Below are positions 58,403 through 64,000 of a DNA stretch of 64,000 nt, piece after piece. The translations under genes were made by a program, and so were the position numbers. Each line of letters begins with the position of its first letter. Within the stretch, counting starts at the first letter, position 1. The notes under the pieces are model-generated. The model had not been told where the DNA came from. It saw only the letters and a list, made by a program, of their open reading frames with translations, and did no database searches. Origin of the DNA: Fibrobacteria bacterium (GTDB taxonomy: Bacteria; Fibrobacterota; Fibrobacteria; UBA11236); assembly GCA_043745805.1 (NCBI GenBank), contig JAYTSD010000004.1:128001-192000 (forward strand), read 5' to 3'.

Positions 58403-59782
58403 TTAATCCATTTGATTACGTAAAAATGCCGGTGTTTCGTAATCTACATCGGGATCATATTCTTTATGTTGGCCTTTATTGCCGTACAAAGAAATATTTT
58501 TGCGAGTAATGGGATCATTCTCCACCGCAGAAGGTGTTTCATTTCTAGTGGGTGTAGGAATAGATTTCGTAGCGAAAGGGCTTTTGGACACAGGTAATAT
58601 TACTTCATCCAAAGATTTAGAAGTGCGATCCGGAAAAGGTATCTCCTTAGAGTTTTCTCTAATATTTTCTCTTGGACTTTCTTTAAAATTTTCCATAGTC
58701 CTAGGTTCCATGTACTTGGGCTCTACATATTTAGGCTCAACATACAAAGAGTGCATGGGTTTTTTAGGAATTTCTTGTGCATAAGCAGGCTTGCTAGGAG
58801 ATTGTTTATGCGAATAGGCTCCGCCAAATCCGGTAGCAATAACAGTAATAGAAATTTCTTCTTTCATATCCGGATTAATAACGGTTCCAAATATAATATT
58901 GGTATTATTGTCGGTACCCACCGCTCCATAAATAAAATTCATAGCATCATCAACATCGGCCAAGCCTAAATCTTCACCGCCGGTAATATTGACTAAAACA
59001 CCGGTAGCACCGGAGATACTGATATTATCGAGTAATGGAGAATGAATAGCTCTATCTGCAGCTACCGTAGCACGGTTTTCACCGCTTGCAGTTCCAGTAC
59101 CCATTAAAGCATCGCCACCTTGTGACATAATAGAGCGCACATCGGCAAAATCCACTTGAATATCACCATGCTTTAAAATGATTTCACTAATTCCACGCGT
59201 CGCGGAAGAAAGGACTTCATCGGCCATTTTAAAAGCTTCACGTAAAGACGTTCCTTTATTCACCACTGAAAGTAATTTTTGATTAGGCACTACAATCATG
59301 GTATCCACTGATTTGCGTAATGCATCTAGTCCTGCCACTGCATTTTTTTCACGCACGGGGCCTTCCCAAACGAAGGGACGAGTCACAACGGCCACGGTTA
59401 AAATTCCCATTTCACGAGCGATCTCCGCAACTACTGGCGCAGCACCGGTTCCAGTACCACCACCCATACCTGCAGCGATGAAAAGCATATCTGCGCCTTC
59501 GAGCTGCTTCTTCACACGTTCACGATCTTCTTCCAACGACATCATACCCACATGAGGATTCGCACCCGCACCTAAACCATTAGTAAGCTTTTGACCGATA
59601 GCAATTTTTACATCGGCTTTATTATGCTCTAAAGCAAGGGCATCGGTATTTACCGAAATAAATTCCACACCCTGTAACCCTGAAATTACCATACGATTAA
59701 CAGCATTACCACCCGCGCCACCGACACCGATAACTTTAAGCTTTGCCATTGTTTTTATGGATTCATCAAAACCGAATACCAT
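58403..59782 (-). CDS. ftsZ: Cell division protein FtsZ
   Basis: GVGGAGGNAV, GMGGGTGTG and VDFADV; C-terminal peptide ETPAFLR. Confidence 0.98.
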   Translation of the reverse strand: MVFGFDESIKTMAKLKVIGVGGAGGNAVNRMVISGLQGVEFISVNTDALALEHNKADVKIAIGQKLTNGLGAGANPHVGMMSLEEDRERVKKQLEGADMLFIAAGMGGGTGTGAAPVVAEIAREMGILTVAVVTRPFVWEGPVREKNAVAGLDALRKSVDTMIVVPNQKLLSVVNKGTSLREAFKMADEVLSSATRGISEIILKHGDIQVDFADVRSIMSQGGDALMGTGTASGENRATVAADRAIHSPLLDNISISGATGVLVNITGGEDLGLADVDDAMNFIYGAVGTDNNTNIIFGTVINPDMKEEISITVIATGFGGAYSHKQSPSKPAYAQEIPKKPMHSLYVEPKYVEPKYMEPRTMENFKESPRENIRENSKEIPFPDRTSKSLDEVILPVSKSPFATKSIPTPTRNETPSAVENDPITRKNISLYGNKGQHKEYDPDVDYETPAFLRNQMD

Positions 59783-59811
59783 AGTGTTCTCCTTGAGCGA
59801 TATTTAAAATT

Positions 59812-61047
59812 TTAAACGTATTGTTTAACCCAATCCGTCATTTTTCTAAGAATGTCTTTAAACTTGTCACCATTTTGATGAAAAACTTGATCTTCATGAT
59901 TTTGTGCCGTACGCATACAACCATATTGCACAAGACCTACGCCTGTAGCATGAACTGGCGTCGCAACGGAATCTACTAAGCCACCAAATCCTTTAGGAAC
60001 TCCGAGCTTAACTGGCATTCCAAATATTTGTTCTGCTAATTCAGTAGCGCCATGCATTAAGGCGCCGCCACCCGTTAATACGATGCCTGCACCGAGCATG
60101 TCGAGATAATGATTTTTTTGCAGCTCGCGTAAAATGAGTGTGAAAATTTCGCGCATACGAGGCTCGATAATAGATGCCAAAACTGCACGACTTACTTCGC
60201 GCTGCTCTCTACCGCCCACACCAGGAACAGGTATATATTCCGAGCTTTCTAAACCAGTACGTAAGCAAGTACCATGATTACGTTTAATTTCTTCGGCGCG
60301 TTCTAAAGGAGTGCGAATACCAATAGCTAAATCATTGGTAACATTTTTTCCGCCCAAACCAATACTTGCGGTGTGACGTACGCTATCTTCAATAAATACA
60401 ATGAGATCCGTTGTCCCGCCACCCATATCAATAACCGCTGTACCTAATTCGCGTTCATCATCTTCTAAAACTGAATACGAAGACGCTAAGGGCTCAAGCA
60501 CAATATCGGCAACTTTTAGTCCGGCCTTTTCCACGCTCTTATAAATATTCTGCGCCGAAGTTATAGCGCCAGTAACAATATGTACATCGCCTTCTAAACG
60601 AACGCCGGACATCCCTACGGGATCTTTTATACCCGGTTGATCGTCCACAATAAATTCTTGGGGAATTACATGTAACATTTCGCGATCCATAGGAATCGCT
60701 ACCGCTCTTGCAGCTTCAATTACACGAGCTACATCTTGTTTGGTGATTTCATTGTCTGTACGCGAGACTGCGATAACGCCGCGGCTATTGATAGAACGAA
60801 TGTGATCTCCCGCAATACCAACATAAACTTCAACGACATCAACGCCAGCCATAAGCTCAGCTTCTTCAACTGCGCGATGAATGGACTTGACAGTTTTTTC
60901 GATGTTAACAACAACACCTTTTCGAAGGCCTTCGCTGGGACTTGTACCCACGCCGACAATTTTGAGGTTGTGATTCGCATCAACTTCCCCAATGATAACT
61001 CCGATTTTTGTTGTGCCGATATCTAATCCGACAATGGGGTTTGACAT
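59812..61047 (-). CDS. ftsA: Cell division protein FtsA
   Basis: GLDIGTTK, DMGGGTTD and VLTGGG; ATG at 61047 after AAGGAG. Confidence 0.97.
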   Translation of the reverse strand: MSNPIVGLDIGTTKIGVIIGEVDANHNLKIVGVGTSPSEGLRKGVVVNIEKTVKSIHRAVEEAELMAGVDVVEVYVGIAGDHIRSINSRGVIAVSRTDNEITKQDVARVIEAARAVAIPMDREMLHVIPQEFIVDDQPGIKDPVGMSGVRLEGDVHIVTGAITSAQNIYKSVEKAGLKVADIVLEPLASSYSVLEDDERELGTAVIDMGGGTTDLIVFIEDSVRHTASIGLGGKNVTNDLAIGIRTPLERAEEIKRNHGTCLRTGLESSEYIPVPGVGGREQREVSRAVLASIIEPRMREIFTLILRELQKNHYLDMLGAGIVLTGGGALMHGATELAEQIFGMPVKLGVPKGFGGLVDSVATPVHATGVGLVQYGCMRTAQNHEDQVFHQNGDKFKDILRKMTDWVKQYV

Positions 61048-61155
61048 GGGATCTCCTTTGCACATAATAATAATTTTTTGTATGACATACTAGATATTAT
61101 TAATTGTTTTCTAAAAAACTTGTTACTTCGTGTTAGGCTATAAAAAAATATTTTT

Positions 61156-62007
61156 TCATTGCACATAAGCATAACCTTCCACTCTTAAGTCAATTGTTTT
61201 TGCTTCTTCTAATCGCGCGCCTTGTTGATGGGACAGTGCTTGCAGAAACTCTAATGAATTCAATGACTTATCCCCTAAGCCCACTAAAATTTTTTGTTTC
61301 CCGTCCTTTAAAATTATTTCGGCATCGCATGAGCTGACCATTTTTACTTGAGAAAAATTTGCAAATAGTTCGGGATATTTTTTTTGTGCATTACCCAAAA
61401 AAGTACCGAGTGATTTTTTTTTCGTATCGTCCAAATTAAAAAGATGATCGATTATAGGTAGATCAAAGGCATTATAATGCAAGTCCGGTAATAAAACTCC
61501 TTCAGCGCTCAGCCCCTCACCATGATGCTCAAACCCCATAGCAATTGGAATTTTTTCTTCCACAATGATTTTAAGTTTATGAGGAAAGCTACGGATCACT
61601 TGTGCATGCTTAATCCATGGCAAACTATCTAACCTTTGCTCATAACTCTTTGTATTAAAAGGAAATAAGTGAACACCTAGTTCAAGTCCAGAGTTTTCTA
61701 AAATTTTTTCTCGAGATAAATTATGATTTCCTTCTACTTCAATACTGCGTAAAACCAACCAATTACTTTGTTGATAAAACTGCATCACCTTCCATCCTCC
61801 GATGATTAATAAAGTTGGAAGCCCAATCAGCATGACTATCCATTTCACCGAGTAACGGATTTTTTTAGCTGAACCACGTCGCTTAATTTTTTGTATAGAC
61901 TTTTCTGCTTGTACATTCTTGCGAAAATTTACGCCCTGCCTTACTACTCTTACAGGAGGTTTACGTACTGGCGCTCTTACTGAGGTTTTTTTCTTAATGC
62001 CAATCAT
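61156..62007 (-). CDS. ftsQ: Cell division protein FtsQ/DivIB
   Basis: Basic N-tail, single TM helix, POTRA-like IEVEGN..LPWIKHAQVIRSFP, and IDLR; lies upstream of ftsA. Confidence 0.88.
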   Translation of the reverse strand: MIGIKKKTSVRAPVRKPPVRVVRQGVNFRKNVQAEKSIQKIKRRGSAKKIRYSVKWIVMLIGLPTLLIIGGWKVMQFYQQSNWLVLRSIEVEGNHNLSREKILENSGLELGVHLFPFNTKSYEQRLDSLPWIKHAQVIRSFPHKLKIIVEEKIPIAMGFEHHGEGLSAEGVLLPDLHYNAFDLPIIDHLFNLDDTKKKSLGTFLGNAQKKYPELFANFSQVKMVSSCDAEIILKDGKQKILVGLGDKSLNSLEFLQALSHQQGARLEEAKTIDLRVEGYAYVQ

Positions 62008-63389
62008 TTCAAAGCCTCCAATATTTTTGGTCCGTATTGGTTAATATCTCCTGCGCCAAGTATCATCACGCAATCACCCGATTTCAAATGAGGGGTCACG
62101 AATGAAACTAAGTTTTCCATATTTTTTATAAACCAAGCCTTGCTTTGAATTTCTTTTGGCAAAGCCTCTACAATTAAATGACCCTCAATCCCTTCAATTG
62201 GTTTTTCTCGCGAAGCATAAACCGAAGTAACAAAAATTGCGTCACAATTTTTCAAAGCCTCAGCAAATTCTGGATAATGATCACGAGTGCGCGTAAAAAG
62301 GTGCGGTTGTAATATAGCGATGACCCGTGCAGCACCCATTTTTTTTGCTGCCGCTAAAGTTACCGAAACTTCAGTGGGATGATGGCCATAATCATCATAG
62401 AGGCGAACACCATTGGCTTCTCCAATAAATTCGAAACGCCTTTTCATACCCGCAAATTTTTCTAAGCCCTGTGCTACAGCATAAAAAGGTAATCCTTCTT
62501 CCAGCGCCACACTAGCCGCACCCAAAGCATTGTAAACATTATGTAATCCCGGAACTTGCAAACGAATACGTCCTAAAATTTTTCCGGCACATAATAAATC
62601 GAAATGCATTTGTAAATTGACTTGCTGCACATTTTGCGCTTGATAGTCAGCCGTTTTTTGCAAACTGAAAGTTTTTATCTTGCCAAAAAAACGCATTTGG
62701 TTTTTTTGAATTTGCAGATCATCTGCATTCACTAAGGTTAAACCATAAAAAGGTAAGCGTTTGGTAAAAGCTACAAAAGCATCTGCAATGGCTTCCAAAT
62801 TCGCATAACAATCTAAATGATCCGCATCGATATTATTAATCAAACAAACCGAAGGCCATAAAGACAAAAAGGTATGATCAAACTCATCTGCTTCTAAAAT
62901 CAAATTATGACTTAAGATTTTATTTTCATTTTCGTTTTTATTTTCATGCGACTGACGAAAAACTCCACCCACTATGCAAGTCGCGGGACGATTCGCCGCA
63001 AGATAAATCTCGGCTAACATGGCTGTCGTGGTGGTTTTACCATGTGTACCAGCAATGGCCAAAGTATATTTTTCACGGGTTATTTCTCCCAATAACTCTG
63101 CACGACGCAAAACGGGAATGCCTTTTTCTTTGGCATAAATTAATTCGGGATTATTTGCCGGGACCGCAGAAGAAAAAACAACGGCGTCGCATGCAGGAAC
63201 ATTTTCTTGGCGATGTCCAATTTGTACATCCATCCCCAAGACCTGTAAATGCCGAGTTCTTGCGCTAACTTGCTGATCGGATCCAGAAAGTATAAATCCT
63301 TCCGCCTGTAAAACTTCTGCAATCGCACTCATACCTGCGCCGCCGATACCAATAAAATGCAGTTTAGATAAACGCACTGAAGGAGTCAT
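62004..63389 (-). CDS. murC: UDP-N-acetylmuramate--L-alanine ligase
   Basis: HFIGIGGAGMS, AGTHGKTTT, EADE, DADHLD, DDYGHHPTE and QPH. Confidence 0.96.
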   Translation of the reverse strand: MTPSVRLSKLHFIGIGGAGMSAIAEVLQAEGFILSGSDQQVSARTRHLQVLGMDVQIGHRQENVPACDAVVFSSAVPANNPELIYAKEKGIPVLRRAELLGEITREKYTLAIAGTHGKTTTTAMLAEIYLAANRPATCIVGGVFRQSHENKNENENKILSHNLILEADEFDHTFLSLWPSVCLINNIDADHLDCYANLEAIADAFVAFTKRLPFYGLTLVNADDLQIQKNQMRFFGKIKTFSLQKTADYQAQNVQQVNLQMHFDLLCAGKILGRIRLQVPGLHNVYNALGAASVALEEGLPFYAVAQGLEKFAGMKRRFEFIGEANGVRLYDDYGHHPTEVSVTLAAAKKMGAARVIAILQPHLFTRTRDHYPEFAEALKNCDAIFVTSVYASREKPIEGIEGHLIVEALPKEIQSKAWFIKNMENLVSFVTPHLKSGDCVMILGAGDINQYGPKILEALK

Positions 63390-64000
63390 GCTACAACTCT
63401 TCTTCTTGCCGATACTTTAGCGCCCACCCATGAAGAGGGTCCACTAAGTAATTGTCCACGCTGCACATTTTTTTTCCATAAAGCCGGAATATACTCGCTA
63501 GTATTCCCTGATATATTTAAAAGAATTCCCATGGAAAATAAAACCGTACACAATGAGGTTCCTCCATAAGAAACAAAAGGCAAAGGCTGACCTGTGGTAG
63601 GGAAAAATTTTGCACATACGCCAATATGCATAATCACATTTACTGCCAGTGAAATCGTAATTCCTAATGCCGCTAAACTTCCGAATCGATCCGCACAATA
63701 AAAGGATACGCGTAACCCTCTCCATACCACTAATGCAAAGAGTGTCAAACAAAATGTAGTACCTAACCAACCTAATTCTTCACCCAAAACTGAAAAAATG
63801 GTATCAGTAAATGGCATTGGTAAATACCCTAATTTTTGTGTGCTAGTACCCAAACCGGTACCCGTAAATCCGCCGTTACCTAAGCTAATTAAGGCTTGCA
63901 TACTTTGATAAGAGCTGATTGGGTTTGCTTCCGGATGCAAAAAAGCCATTACTCTTTTCATGCGATAAGGACTACTTACCATCAAAATTCCTAAAGCCGG
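63386..64000 (-). CDS. ftsW: SEDS peptidoglycan polymerase FtsW; 5'-truncated by the window edge
   Basis: SYQ..Q, YLPMPFTDTIFSVLGEELG and PTTGQPLPFVSYGGTS; the frame is open to the window end. Confidence 0.92.
   Translation of the reverse strand, partial: PALGILMVSSPYRMKRVMAFLHPEANPISSYQSMQALISLGNGGFTGTGLGTSTQKLGYLPMPFTDTIFSVLGEELGWLGTTFCLTLFALVVWRGLRVSFYCADRFGSLAALGITISLAVNVIMHIGVCAKFFPTTGQPLPFVSYGGTSLCTVLFSMGILLNISGNTSEYIPALWKKNVQRGQLLSGPSSWVGAKVSARRRVVA

Noticed and set aside
452-63770. Numerous 60-160 aa antisense or nested ORFs in the ORF track
   Set aside because: They lie within confidently assigned genes and show no protein motifs; treated as shadow ORFs.

Overview
A 64 kb, AT-rich chromosomal window from a diderm (LPS-producing) bacterium. 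Gene content suggests Fibrobacterota or another FCB-group lineage; this is inference only. Most of it is housekeeping: galE, lpxH, prs, glgP, ahpC, hisE-hisG, hisN, acs, tal, pyrF, pyk, nnr, dinB, hemW, and the end of a dcw cluster (ftsW-murC-ftsQ-ftsA-ftsZ, with no murG, murB or ddl between them). Signalling genes are scattered through it (PAS-GGDEF, PAS-PP2C, HDOD, Ser/Thr kinase). I found no rRNA, tRNA, CRISPR array, integrase or transposase. The best candidate for an undescribed system is the block at 46.6-55.0 kb. It holds three tandem paralogous outer-membrane beta-barrel-like proteins of an unrecognised family, a secreted DUF1080 protein with a T9SS-like C-terminal domain whose end overlaps a 4 x 26-bp palindromic repeat array, and a divergent CxxCH/TolB-like/TPR lipoprotein. 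Two other features stand out: a GC-rich, strongly self-complementary intergenic element at about 31.5 kb (candidate ncRNA), and a Tim44-like/Zn-ribbon/TerB-like gene paired with an SPFH gene. All calls come from reading motifs by eye; no database searches were run.
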